A DNA stretch of 64,000 nucleotides from the NCBI RefSeq assembly GCF_022045235.1, contig NW_027266275.1, forward strand, positions 16,864,001 through 16,928,000. Reading direction: 5' to 3'. Source of the DNA: Haliotis cracherodii. Its lineage: Eukaryota. Under the pieces are notes generated by a model. The model was not told the origin of the DNA and made no database searches. It saw only the letters and a program-made list of their open reading frames with translations. Position numbers and translations under genes: made by a program. Below are positions 50,895 through 64,000 of the stretch, piece after piece. Position 1 is the stretch's first letter. Each line of letters begins with the position of its first letter.

Positions 50895-53356
50895 TAGTCA
50901 TTACCTCAAGTATCTTGTAAGTACGTACACGAGACCAATAAATCAGTTGTGATTCACTTACATGGGGCTAAAAGAGTTGATCGTTAATTATATAACATAT
51001 TATATTCATAATTAACCAGTGATAATAAATTACGTATCATGTCATACCCTCATATCCTCGTGTGCGTGAGTCACGTGATATCAGCTGTTAATTATCAAAC
51101 AACCAAATCGGTTGTTTATGATTCATATTCAACCTGCCAAAGGCGAAACAAACCGGCTCCTTACAGCTTTCCCTCATCTGAAGCAGAGAAAACACAGCGG
51201 GTGAATCTCCCGAGCCGTCAGCAGTTATCCCCCTGAGTCGGGTCGAGTGGTATGTGCTCCCTCGCATAATCCGACACTACCGCCCCGTCGTCTCAGTTCG
51301 GCGTTCCTGAGGGTTTGGGGGCATACATGAACCGCGACACACACCTGATGGTCGAGCTGTAATCCTCACAATGGATCGCGTGAAGGGGTATTAAGTTCGG
51401 CGAACATACGAACATCAAATTTCTCGGTATTCGGGGTCGCTGGAGCAGTGCGCGGTGTGAGCAGACGACAGTGCAGAAGTTTTCTGACACCGCTTGTACG
51501 TGGCAGCACCCATAACACAGACTTGGGGCTACATTAAGTTGGTGTAAACAGTTGTTCCGATAACATACCGACGCGGGTTGGATGGTTACCGTCGTGAGAT
51601 CGATATCACCTTCAACACTATGACAACTTCCGTATGGCTGTCAATACCATTCAACTAGTGGCTCTGATCGTCCAAGTGTGAGAAAAACGTCAAAATCATA
51701 ACAGGACGTGGGAGTGATGATTAACACCTATCTCATCGTGAAGTCGGGTACACTATTAGTACACAGGTGGTCGTCGGGTAGAACAGGGCGACTCCCTTGC
51801 TCATTGGCTTGCTCTGTGTTTGTTTAAAGGGTAGATTTGACATTGTGAGATATTAAGTTGAAGACGCATTCTTCTGGTTCATAGGATTGATATGTGTTGA
51901 GAGTGACGCCGTTTTAGACCAGATACGTGTGTTGACACTCTGGAAAACGTGTTGACTGACAGAGAATGGATACCCATTCATAACGGATACTTGGATAACT
52001 CCATACAACATACGGACAGGACTTTCACTGAACAAGGTAAGGATATAGATAAGTTGTTTTTGAACGTCTTGTTTAATTCTATCAGCGATTTCCTACTTTA
52101 TTTATTCTAGACTCTCTTAACGCCACCCCCCCCCCCTCTCCACACACCCACCCACCACACACACACGGACTGAAAGCATAGTTAGCACATGTTATACTAT
52201 CTAACGAAGTTATGTTTACCAAAAATCCATATACATTCTAGTTGCCATTGCAGTGCTTGTTATATGTCAATGACGTATGATTCAGCAGATTTATTTCCCG
52301 CGATTGTATTTTAGATTTCTTTACCCGTACCCACACGTGCTGGTGACCTATATAATTGTTACATGTATGTCTCCTGGTCAGATGCTGAGCCATCTGACGT
52401 CAATCCTCGCCAAGTGTACATGCTACAAGGGCATAACTTACCACCGTTAGAAATAGTTCAAACATTCCTACAACCAGCCTCTTGCCTTGAACCGTGGGTG
52501 GGGTTCGAGTTCAACGGGAAGTTTATCTGGCTTTCAAGAAAACGCGTCTAACCCAGCCCGCTATTGTCTCGATACGAGCCACCATCACGAAATCATGTGA
52601 CTTCTACTTTACTTGAATGAATGGCTACACCGTAAGATATCTGTCGGTAAGGCTGTTCTCATGTAGTGTAGAAATCGGGACTGTAAGTAAATATTGACAC
52701 TGTATAGCTTCAGACGGTAAGGAACATTCCGTTATGAAATCATATCCGCCCCTGTTCCAGGTTGTTATGCGTCAGGCTGCATGCTTACAATTTGGTGGCT
52801 GTTTACTTGACGCGGTTACTATATTTTATGTAGTTAGATAGGACGCAGTCTAAGGTATAACACAATGAAGTTCAATGAATACGTATAAGATTAAACATTT
52901 CATTATGAAATAAGTAACTTAAAAAATAAATCAATCCCATGTAGGCCCATACAGTTTAGGTCTGATAATTCGGTTTGACTTTGGATTATAAGTTTACGTT
53001 TCGTATACTTCCATTACATGTTTACGTGTTTGTGTTAATTTTATTCGGGGGCAAACATACATGGGCTAAATATGCTCACGTTTGTATATATTGTTACCAC
53101 ATGACCATAAACAATAGCGATGACATGTTTGTAAAAAAACATTTGTATCAATCACCTGTTTATCAATTTAAACAATACATCTTCAATAACCGTTCCTGTT
53201 GTATTTTCATCAAAATATTTAAAGTTAAACAGGCTAAACGACAATGTGACATTTAATGAAATCATAATTTGAATATAAGTTGTTAACATTAGCCGTAAGT
53301 ATGTTTAACGATGGTACGCCATATTTGGTGAGGAGCTGCTCTCTCGCGCGTGACGC

Positions 53357-53624
53357 GGACCGTGAAAATCCGGGATAGAAAAGGTCTTCAGCAACCCATG
53401 CTTGCCGTAAAAGGCGACTATGCTTGTTGTAGGAAGCGACTATCGGGATCGGGTGGTCAGGCTCGCTGACTCGGTTGATGCATGTCATCGACCCTAATTG
53501 CGTGGATCGATGCTCACGTTGTCAATCACTGGATTGTCTGGTCCAGACTCGACTACTTACACATCGCCGTCATATAGCTGGAATATTGTTGAGTGCGGCG
53601 TTAAACAACAAACAAACACACAAA
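53357..53624 (+). mobile_element. SINE-like family B, full length
   Basis: Complete head and (AAAC)n tail. 13-bp TSD tc(g/a)cgcgtgacgc at 53344-53356 and 53625-53637. Confidence 0.9.
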
Positions 53625-54892
53625 TCACGCGTGACGCATTACTGAAGTGAGTGTTGAGCTACTGTTTTTATTCAGCTTCGTACTTCATTACCCCTAAAAA
53701 ATGTTCTTCATTTAAACTCTTTCCCAAGCTACAGAAAGAGCCACTGCATCTGCTCGGTTATTTAGCATGAGAACGAAAATCAGTTTATGTCATTTTGACA
53801 ACCCTTGGGCTATTTATATACATGCCAGGCGATATCAAGTGAAAATATGTTGGGCAATATTTTGATTGCTCTTTATATGACAACATGTATTGCTATAAAC
53901 GACTGAAACATTTCGATGTTATCTTTTCATTAACCGAATACCACAAGAATAACATTTTACATGTTTTGGACTTTATTCTAAACATAATAAGTGTTATTTA
54001 AGTTACTAAACATTCTTGCAAGCAATGTTTGTGCAAGGTGTATAGTAAGTAATAATAAAAAAAAGGAGTAAAAGCAAATACAAGTCCTCCCAAAGAAGCT
54101 GTCAGCTTATTTCAATGATTATATGTGCTAATTAACATCAATAACGTACACGTTATGCAACAAGTCACGAGCTGACCAGCGGTTATTTCGCCCAGGGCAC
54201 TGGACACTGACCAGAGGTATGCCTCGTTCATCAACTTAGCGGAACAGGAAAGTCACACTTTTACAAATCGTTTATGCGTCAGCTAATTGCTGAGACACTG
54301 ATTAATTATACACGTGGCTCCAAATTCTCTTGCCAGCACATCTCACTTTAACGTTCATCACACAGTTGCCGGGACTCTTCAAAGGGTGAGTTGATAAACA
54401 TTCAGTAGCAACCCTCTTTCAAACCTGCTATCAGCTGATTGTGTATTTGTGGTGTTTGTATTGAGGTACCGGGTGTTGTTTAGTTAGACTAACATCTAGT
54501 CTCTGAAATGAACATATCGTACAGAAAAAACAGTTGTTAATTATCTTAAAAAAAATAATATAAAGGAGGCCAGAGACTCTCATTTTCAGATGATACTGCA
54601 GAAATCTAGACTTGCCAAACATTATAGACTTGCATTGGCTGTATTTGATTTATTTGTATGAGGGTCTGTAAGACAGACTATTGTTTAGTCACCTTTGTAT
54701 GATTGAAAATTTATATTCTGATTTAAGGACCATTGGAGATAAGGGGCACAGCACAACCCCTATTTGGCCTTAAAATGTATTATATTTACTTTTAATTTTT
54801 CAAATATGTATTATATTTACTTGTAGGTTATTAAAAATGGTATATATTTTCTTGTAAGTTATCAAAAGTACAAGCTTTCAATATGATTTTGG

Positions 54893-55040
54893 TGGGCGTG
54901 GGGAAGCCTAGTGGGTAATGCGTTCACTCGTCTCGCCGAAGAGCTGGGTTCGATTCCCCACTTGTTTACAATGAAGCCAATTTCTTATTTCCCTCGCCGT
55001 GACATTCTGGAATATTTCTCAAAACGGCGTAAAACCACAC
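54893..55040 (+). mobile_element. Diverged SINE family A
   Basis: aagcctagtgggtaatgcgttcactcg...gggttcgattcccca...aaaacggcgtaaaacca. Confidence 0.8.
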
Positions 55041-55665
55041 AAGTAAACATGTAACTGATGAACTAGGAATCTCCCTACACACGTACCCTCAACCAACTGT
55101 TGTTAAAATGTGAGTGATGAATACGATGCATTTGTCTCTATTTTGATTCAGGTTTGTATTCAACACATGGTTCTATGTATACATGTATACACTGGCAACC
55201 TTGCAATGGTCATTTCGGTGCAGTTAAAGATAAACTAAAGATTAAATACATTTCACTCCTCACCAGATCACATGGGAGTCAAAAGTTCACCTTTACCGGT
55301 GATTGAATAGCCTAAACACAATATATTGCTCAGACATACGGTATACCCAATACAAAGCCTATTTGACATACAACTCCTAATTCTCAATACTCGAAGAATA
55401 GTGAATAACGGGTTTCGACATAGTCTCCTTTAGGCGCGTATTGAGTGAAAACGAGCCACCCAGGTTATCGTGACGGGTGTATTCAGATCTCAGTGCTACT
55501 AGCACATCAACAATGGCTCGAACAATACTGACCGACCTTGTGTGTGACCGGATATATCTGATACCCATACAGGCCGGTGAGACGCTGTCTTTTGAGGTAA
55601 ACCCCATTAACAGGTTTACTGTCTTCCAAACAGCATTTACCCGTTTTCGATCTTAAATTTTATGA

Positions 55666-55824
55666 GTGACTAAGTGAGTGAGTATGGTTTTACGCCGCTT
55701 TTAGCAATATCACGGCGGGGGATACCAGAAATGGGCTTCACACAGTGTGCCCATGTGGGGAATCGAGCCCGGGTCTTCAGCATGACGAACGAACGCTTTA
55801 ACCACTAGGCTACCCCACCGCTCC
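55666..55824 (-). mobile_element. SINE family A (small internal deletion)
   Basis: Antisense A/B boxes and gagtgagt tail. TSD ta(a/c)attttatga. Confidence 0.88.
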
Positions 55825-56819
55825 TACATTTTATGATGTAGATCGGTCTAACAGTTAATGATAATACAAATGTACCTAAATTAACAAACAAAATGCTTCA
55901 ATTTCACACATGGCTCTTAGATTGAATAAGGGCATCCGAAAAGTCTCCCTTTAAAGCCTTGTTGTTAACGCGAAGGCAATCATTAACAGAATATCTTAGA
56001 TACTAGTATATACAGTCAAAAGATGTTTTTAAATTTGAAAATTGAGTACACGCGGAAAGACGCCATAGTACTCAGACTACAGATACATCTACCATTACTC
56101 GGAAAGGACGGTATAATGTTTCGTTTTGTTCATGTTCAACAAAATATCAAAGACCTGGCTCGGCTCTGAGTGTCTTATCATTAAACACGCAATTCTAACA
56201 TAGCAGGTAGTTAGTATTAAAGAACTCCCCCGTGTGTTGTAGTTTCAGCCAAACTGCTCCATTTCGTTGACCTCGGTTGTACACAGCTTATTCATCAAAT
56301 CCTAACAATATATAATCCACGTGGGCGATTGTTTTTTAAGGGATCAATGAAGCCATGAAAACTGTTTTCAATATTCAATTACGTTTGAGTGGGAGCATTC
56401 TTATCATTCGACAACAGAGTGCAAGGTATGAAGTCCAACACTCGCGAAGATCAACTCTAATGAATGCAAATGGCACGTGCTGAAGGGTTACATTTAATTC
56501 TGCCATTGTTTCTTGTGCTAGCAGACCCAGGGAGTACTCCCTTGAGAGACTAGGTTCAAGTTGTGATTAGGATCGAAACATTTGCAATGGAGACAGAATT
56601 TGAAACGGTAAGAGTCTAGGTTTATAAGCATGGTTATATTGTGGAGCATATCACACAGAGGTTTCTCTAGTCAACCAGCATGGCTATGTAAAGCGTGAAG
56701 TCAGTAATATCTCATCAGCATGGCTTTTTAAAGTGTAAAATCAGTCTGTACGCTGTAAAAACGTGTTTAGACCCTAAACACAATCCTAAACACGTGCCTT
56801 GCCCCATGTTTGGGATTGT

Positions 56820-57555
56820 ATTGTATAGCATGCCTAAATGTATGGTAAAGTAGGAAGTGAAACAGTTGTTATACCAGTATTATCTAAGCGTGTATTGCAA
56901 AGTAAGTAGCGTATACAGCTATTATCATTGTATAGCATGCCTAAATGTATTGTAAAATAGGAAGTTAAACAGTTGTTATACCAGTATCTAAGCGTGTATT
57001 GCAAAGTAAGTAGCGTATACAACTATTATCATTGTATAGCATGCCTAAATGTATTGTAAAATAGGAAGTTAAACAGTTGTTATGCCAGTATCTAAGCGTG
57101 TATTGCAAAGTAAGTAGCGTATACAACTATTATCATTGTATTGCATGCCTAAATGTATTGTAAAATAGGAAGTGAAACAGTTGTTATACCAGTATTATCT
57201 AAGCGTGTATTGCAAAGTAAGTAGCGTATACAACTATTATCATTGTATAGCATGCCTAAATGTATTGTAAAATAGGAAGTTAAACAGTTGTTATACCAGT
57301 ATCTAAGCGTGTATTGCAAAGTAAGTAGCGTATACAACTATTATCATTGTATAGCATGCCTAAATGTATTGTAAAATAGGAAGTTAAACAGTTGTTATGC
57401 CAGTATCTAAGCGTGTATTGCAAAGTAAGTAGCGTATACAACTATTATCATTGTATTGCATGCCTAAATGTATTGTAAAATAGGAAGTTAAACAGTTGTT
57501 ATACCAGTATCTAAGCGTGTATTGCAAAGTAAGTAGCGTATACAGCTATTATACC
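56820..57555. repeat. 104/107-bp minisatellite (7 units) with a 315-bp higher-order period
   Basis: Unit starts at 56823, 56930, 57034, 57138, 57245, 57349 and 57453. Degenerate ~50-55-bp relatives (agcatggcta..gtatt..gaag) flank both sides. Confidence 0.93.
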
Positions 57556-57932
57556 AATACTATTTTTACATGGCTAAGTGTATTGTGAAGTAACCAGAAT
57601 ATTCAACAGTTATACCAGTAGCATCAAAGCATCTGCAAGCATGGCTATGTATATCATATACAACTTCTCGTATCAGTAATAACTAAGCATGGCTACGTGT
57701 ATTTTAAAGTTATTAGTGTGTGCAACTGTTATGTGAGTAATATCTGAGCATGGCTAAGTGTATTGTGAAGTAGTGTATATCTCAAGACATAATGCATGTC
57801 TTTATTGTGACTGCAATATCATATTCACGAGTAATACAACTACAAATAGACAGATTTATTCCATGAACTACCCGCATGGGAGTCGATTAGTCGGATAAGA
57901 ATAGGTCCCCAGCAACCTATGCTTGTTTTTAG

Positions 57933-58190
57933 AGTGAGTGAGTGAGTGAGTTGTGTTTAACGCCGCTTTTTACGGCGTGTCAGCTTAATGTGGGAGGAAA
58001 GCCTTAAGTGTTGCAGGTCTCGGACGTTTATCACCTCGGTGAAACCCACGCGCACGGGTATGGTGCTGACAAACCTACAAACATAATCGGGGCGAACCGG
58101 GATTCGAACCCACAGTCATAGGTTTCTTGCGTGCCCAAGGGACGCAACTCTGCACAGCGAATCGTGGGGCCTTAGACAACTGGGCCACTA
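57933..58190 (-). mobile_element. SINE family C, full length
   Basis: Minus-strand head tggcccagttgtctaaggcc...gggttcgaatcc, (ACTC)n tail. Preceded by a short family B head fragment (57895-57930). Confidence 0.85.
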
Positions 58191-59619
58191 GACTAACATT
58201 TAGTCTCTGAAATCTTATATTACACAATATCCTTCTTGACTTTAAAAATAAAAAAATTCCCTATGCTGATTTCAGAGCTTGAGCTGGCTAGACTTGATTT
58301 TGTATGCATTTCTAGATTATTATTTTTTCATAAAATAAATATATTCCACGGTCATGGTGCAGGACTACTGGGCCACCTGCGCCCCCGCTTGTTTTTAGAG
58401 CCAGCCAAATCAAATAATCAAACAAATACAATATATGAACAGAATTATTCAATTCTACGGAAATAAGTTTAGTGTCAAGTGTATAGTGTATGCTAGTGTA
58501 TCTAGCGAAACAGATTCCATTGTGCCTAAAAGGCAAAATTGCGGTAAAAATTATATTACCCCAACCTTAATCCCCACATGGAACGATATTCGTGGTTGAA
58601 ATACTGAATACGTTACTCACTATCTATACGGAGGACATGTGTCCATTTAGTTTATTATGGCAACGAGTTCCAAAGATTTTGATGTTTAATTTCATCGCCC
58701 ATTGGCTGAAAATGATAAGATTAAAAGAAAACGAAAGTCACTGTGTATATTTAAATATTTTTTGGCTTCTAATCCTAGCATAATTAACCTATTGTAATGT
58801 TTTGAAGTCCTTTAGAACTTAATCATTTTCAGTCAATCTTTAAAATACAATGGTGCTGACAAAAAAAAGAGAAACATTATTTGGGCGGATCTTGAATTCG
58901 AACCCACTCTGTAGTGAGCTTCGATGCTTAAGACGCCTTGGCCACCCGTGTCTCCTTAACGTGAAGGAAATCTTTTTAAATTTGAGGAGAAATGCGATAG
59001 AAAACATTCTTACGATTTTTTAAAACAGTTTTACCAAACAGTATATTCATGAAATATGTTACAGGTGCGAATAACTGACTGACTTAAATCCATGATGACA
59101 TTAACGTTGTTTTGTATATTTTAAGCATTTTAAGTATACTGTGTATTGATACATGGAACTTCTTTTCAAAACATTATGCTTACTGAGATTGCAAATACAA
59201 AAATAATCGTTTAATCTCGATAATACTCTTGTTCTTGCACAAGTGTAAGTTGCGTATAATGTCGCTTTAAACAGTATCACAGCCTGTAAGCCCACAATAA
59301 CTTACACAGTCAAAAGAATCACTACTGTGGCGAGCCTAGGATTCGAACCCTTGAATTAGACCTCATCAAGCAATAGAGGACGTTAATATAACAAGTAGAA
59401 GGTCTGGTTAGAAGTTTGCTGACGTCCAACTTATAGTTGTATATATATATATATATATACTCTTTAAAAAAAGAAACGCAAATCCAGATTTGCGTGAGGT
59501 AGGAAAATACAATTATACGAAACACCGTACAAGGTAATAAGGCAAAATGTTGTGGAGAGAACACTTGGTGATTGTAGTCATCTCAGTTATCGGTATATAG
59601 GAAAAGTCCAAGGGGAAGG

Positions 59620-60165
59620 TCAGCTACCACCAATAACGCCCCCGGTGGAATCGATAGCGACCTGACATCTCCATGGAAGAGACGAGTATGCGAATAACAT
59701 CCTGGTAGCCCACTTGGCCTGCAACGCAAAAGCCAAATGATGCAACGTCTGGGGTTGTGGTAGTGGTAGCCGTCTATCCAATTCATCCCACAGGTGCTCT
59801 ATCGGGTTCAAATCCGGGGATCTGGAGGGCGAGGGGAGAACATCAACGTTGCTGTTGTATAGACATGCTCTTGTGATCCGTGCTGTATGCGGTCGAGCGT
59901 TGTCCCACTGGGAGTTGGGAGGACCAAACCTGTCCAGCCATGATGAGAGATAGTCACCCATATCATAACGCTACCCGCACCAAACCTGTCTTCTTCCTGT
60001 ACGCAATTTCCGGCGTAACGTTCTCCCCGACGTTTGTAGACCCGTGCTCTTCCATCCCCTCGACGGAGGAGAAATCTTGATTCGTCGCTGAACCAGACAT
60101 ATATCCATCGCAGTTGAGGCAATACCCTGTGTTGACGACACCAATGCAGTCGTTGTCGACGATGT
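59620..60165 (-). pseudogene. Tc1-family DD34E transposase remnant
   Basis: RRQRLHWCRQH...W..VWFSDESRF...GAGSVMIW, then a frameshift/deletion, then DNARPHTAR...SRSPDLNPIEHLWDEL. 34 residues separate the second D and the E. Confidence 0.92.
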
Positions 60166-60210
60166 GTGCGTGCGTGCGTGCGTGCGTGCATGCGTGCGTG
60201 CGTGTGTGTG
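60163..60210. repeat. (GCGT)n/(GT)n microsatellite
   Basis: Read directly from the sequence; abuts the transposase remnant. Confidence 0.9.
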
Positions 60211-60826
60211 AATATATATATTCTGGGTTCAAATAACATTTATCTGTATGCATGTAGCCAATCAGTTAACTGGACAAGCTGCATCCATGTCATGACCCCC
60301 ACTGGTTGAACCTTCATTACAGCGCAGTATTGAAGCAGCTATTACACACTCTGGTGTGATTGCGAGTCAAGGAGTTGTGTAGTGGTACACAGGTCACATT
60401 TGAGAGTCTGCGTTTGGATGAGACGCCCTACCAGACACAACAGAACCGTGTTGTGATAAACGTTCTAGCATCATATAAACACGGCGGTCCTCATGGCGTA
60501 GTTGCCATGGTATTTCTTTTAAATAAAAAAAACAGGGCATAGAGATGTACATTTGAATTCATTATTGTCTTCAATTCATATATATTCTTCACGGTGACAT
60601 ATCTACTTTTGATAAAGACGAAGGGATTTGTATTATCTTGATGTTTCCTTCTGCTAAATGGCACCAGTGTAAGGTAAGGCTCATGGTATAGGATATCAAT
60701 GATTCCTTCAGCGTTTTGTTGTTGCATTGCTTGTGGTACACGTAATTCTTATCATGTCTTTTCTTCGCCTGGTAAGTTGTCTGTCAACCGAAACATTTCA
60801 CATTTTCGGCTTCTTTCTGAAATGAG

Positions 60827-61030
60827 AGGCGCCGCTATTTGATGTGTAGAGTTGCGCCCCTTACGGACATGGAAACCTATGATCGTGGGTTCGAATCCCG
60901 GCTCGTCCTGACTATGTTTCTAGGTTTGTCAACACCATATCTGTACTTGTGGGTTTCACCAAAGTGGTAAACGTCTGAGACATGCATAAAACACTAAACC
61001 GACGCACTGTTATGTAACTGGAATACTGTT
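60827..61030 (+). mobile_element. SINE family C, diverged, A box missing
   Basis: aggcgccgct...gaaacctatgatcgtgggttcgaatcccggctcgtcctgactatgtttctaggtttgtc. Confidence 0.75.
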
Positions 61031-61059
61031 CACCCCTAAACCATGGCAACTTTAAAGGC

Positions 61060-61555
61060 TGATGTCAAGGCCTTTGGAATTTCTTCCAGCTGCCATTTCT
61101 GCTGTCTCCCAGATTGCAGTTTTGCTCATGTTTTTTCCCTACAGTATATTTTTATTTTTATCGCAACCATATTTAAAAAAAAGTATCGAGCAACTGGACC
61201 TCAAATGTGAAAATGCGTTTTAGATAACTTGGAACAATAGTGCAGTTTGCATGGATGATGCAACCAGTGGTCTCTCAATCTGGTCAAAATTGACTACACC
61301 GTCACAGCTGAGGACGACGTCATCACCAGAGATAAAAACACTGAAAACACCTTCCCTCCGGACTCCAATGATGAATTTGAGACAGAAACAGAACCCCCGA
61401 GCGAATGTGAACTTCTCACACCATCTGAAACGACTACGCAATTAGACGCCATTCGTCGGTTCTTTCAGAGTCGTCCTGGTGTATCATCGAAAATGTTTGA
61501 TAATATTGATGACATTAAGGCAACGCTGACTAAATCCGTCTTATATTATATATAA
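61060..61555 (+). pseudogene. Possible pogo/Tigger transposase C-terminal remnant
   Basis: LEFLPA fragment near 61074. An ATG-less open frame then reads ...DDVITRDKN...DSNDEFETETEPPS..LLTPSETTTQLDAIRRFFQS...MFDNIDDIK, like the acidic TIGD-type tail. Confidence 0.4.
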
Positions 61556-61828
61556 TAAAATAATATACTGCCTTTATCCAGGTACTATCATCTGCTTAAA
61601 ATCGTTTTATTTGTTCCCCGACCAGTGGATCCGTTTGCATTCCAGTTATCATTCTCAACTTCCTTGGGAGTATAAAACCCACGCTGCCTCCGAACGCTTT
61701 ACATCAGCCTCATATATCGGGTATCCGTTCACTGCTGGGTAAACATCGTTAGTCCATGGGCTGAAAATCAAGCGATAGTTGCCATTTCTTAACATTAATA
61801 CCCTCTTGTTTGCAGAGGCCTATGTATT

Positions 61829-62052
61829 TGTTTGTACGTTGTTTAACGCCACACTGAGCAATATTATGTGACGGAAGTCTGTAAAGTCTGGACTAAGCAA
61901 TCTAGTGATAGATGTCATGAGCATCGATCGACGTAACTAGGATACGATGACATGCATCAAGCAAGTCAGGGAGATTAACGATCCCTTCTGTCGCCTCTCA
62001 CGACAAGCATAGTCGCCTCATACGGCAAGCATGGGTATTGTTCCCGGGGTCC
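61829..62052 (-). mobile_element. SINE-like family B, diverged
   Basis: gtttaacgccacactgagcaatatt...gtcgcctctcacgacaagcatagtcgcctcatacggcaagcatggg. Confidence 0.8.
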
Positions 62053-62473
62053 TATTTATTTGAAATATGATCACTTGTTTTGTCGCTCAAGCGGACACTT
62101 GACTTCAGACATATGATCATATATACGAGCTAGATTTAGTGTCATCCACTAGAATGTCAAATTATCTTTCTCTTCTCTGTAAGAGCCAACTTCCTGCTAA
62201 CTCGCTATCTCTCGTGGCAAACGCATGTAGGACTTATTTGTAGTTCATGTGAAGTGCAGTTTAGTCCTGTTGAGGAGTCGTGTGTGAAACAGATTATACA
62301 ACAGAAATTGTCCATGATGGAACTCATTGTGCCTGAGATTCGGATAAATTCTGAGGTAATGTAAAATACTTATATGTTCTTAATTGCCGGGTAAAAGAAA
62401 GTATGCACTTTGATGGTGGGCAATGGTTATTAGACGGTGTATTTTATACGGGTATCATGGCGATATTACATGC

Positions 62474-62737
62474 TTTGTTAGTTTGTTGTTTAACGCCGGA
62501 CTCAGCAATATTCCAGCCATATGACGGCGGTCTGTAAATAATCGGGTGTGGACCACACAATCAATTGATTGACTTTATGATCATCGATACACGAAATTTG
62601 GATACGATGACATGCATCAACGAAGTCAGAAATCCTGACCATCCGATCCCGTTTGTCGCCTCGTACGACAAGCATAGTCGCCTTTTACGGCAAGCATGGG
62701 TTGCTGAAGACCTATTCTAACCGGATCTTCACGGGTC
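62474..62737 (-). mobile_element. SINE-like family B, full length
   Basis: Perfect 13-bp TSD cgatattacatgc at 62461-62473 and 62738-62750. Confidence 0.92.
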
Positions 62738-63914
62738 GATATTACATGCATCATATCCTGTTGTGAGATATTCACTGATATGATATTATATGCATGACAT
62801 CAATGAGTGTCTCACAACAGGTAACGTGCAGATGACATCTTAAGAAACAGGGACTCGCAATGAGCAGAGTGAATCGTCAAGAGTATGCTTTCTTTTGGCC
62901 GGCAGTGTATTCATACATTTTGTGACATGTAGATACACAAATCAAGATAATTAAAATAAGATATTTAATCCGATGTATTTATACATATATATTCCTTACC
63001 TTAATATCTCCAATGTGCGCTAATGTCATTGGTCCGTCATTCGTGTGTCTGTCAGTCCGGTCTTTCTTCCGACCGTCCGTCCGTTAGCAGGGCAACATAA
63101 AATAAGCGTTTCTCCAAATCTACGGAAAGATCAATATAAGTTTCAAATAACTTGTTGTGCATGCCTCTTGCTACAACCTAGGAATTTTAAAGAAAAGTAA
63201 ATTGGCCGTCGAAGACTCTCATTGTGTTGAAAAATAGCCTTCGTGCCAGACTCTTGAAAGAACCCAGTTTTCCCATTTCAAGAGTATGATCACACGATCC
63301 TTCCCTACATTAAAAAAATTAAAATATAACTAAGATTTTTGTAATCTGTTGGATATCCAAAAATTTCAACCACATGCTGACAGAGATAACTGATTCTAAA
63401 GCAACTCTTTATATTTTAAGTGATTGTTCAGGCATATTATTGGTTGTTAGCCATATCTAACCCCCTGAATTAATCAGCAGGAATGGGTTATATGTATAAA
63501 TTCAGTTATTGATACAGTGGAGACTCATTGCTCTTGAACTCATCTATTCAATGTATTGCAGCATCAAATAAGATTGATCAAGTATTAACTGTTTTTGAAT
63601 AAAATGCTTCTTTCGATTCAAAGGCTCTTTGTCTTATGATGCAATGAGGTCCGGTTATGTTCACTGTGATAAATCATCTATCAAACTTGGAATTTCTCGC
63701 TTCAAAATTTAACAGTTAATGAAAAAACATTATTTCCATTTGTTTGGTATGATGTCCTCCACACTAAAAAAACTAGTGTGGAACCACCTCGTTCCGTAAA
63801 TGTTACCATTCGGATTTTTGACCTTCAAACACATGTATTTTAATTAAAAGGACCCACTTCTTTACAACTGAACTATTGTTGAAATTGGAGTTGAACTCGA
63901 GTAACTCACTCACT

Positions 63915-64000
63915 CTGTGTGTGTGTGTTTGTGTGTGCGTGCGTGCGTGCGTGCATGCGTGCATGCGTGCGTGCCTGCGTGCGTGCGTGCGTGCGTGCGT
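63915..64000. repeat. (TG)n then (GCGT)n microsatellite, running off the right edge
   Basis: Read directly from the sequence. Confidence 0.95.

Overview
AT-rich, intron-containing animal genomic DNA. The SINE repertoire and (GAGT)n tails suggest a gastropod mollusc, possibly abalone; this is inference. I assembled six spliced gene models by hand from GT-AG boundaries and codon phase. (1) Mitochondrial tyrosyl-tRNA synthetase YARS2, minus strand, 9 exons visible, running off the left edge. (2) WBP2, minus strand, 7 exons, 249 aa. (3) An unnamed 203-aa two-TM protein with three PY motifs, head-to-head with WBP2. (4-6) Three tandem copies (period about 4.95 kb) of a two-exon, 175-aa MGC-start protein resembling STMND1/CCDC198, with CRE-rich promoters. 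The rest is three SINE-like families (several with target-site duplications), MITEs, two LINE remnants, Tc1 and probable Tigger transposase remnants, four minisatellites and two assembly gaps. Most notable observations: a ~20-copy minisatellite built from a YARS2 exon end plus its 5' splice site; a Penelope-type minimal hammerhead-like motif inside a 39-bp foldback; a SINE-like family with no Pol III boxes but a fixed 5' end and a predicted pseudoknot; and a tandem array with homogenised coding regions but anciently diverged flanks, carrying a LINE tail that looks G-to-A hypermutated.
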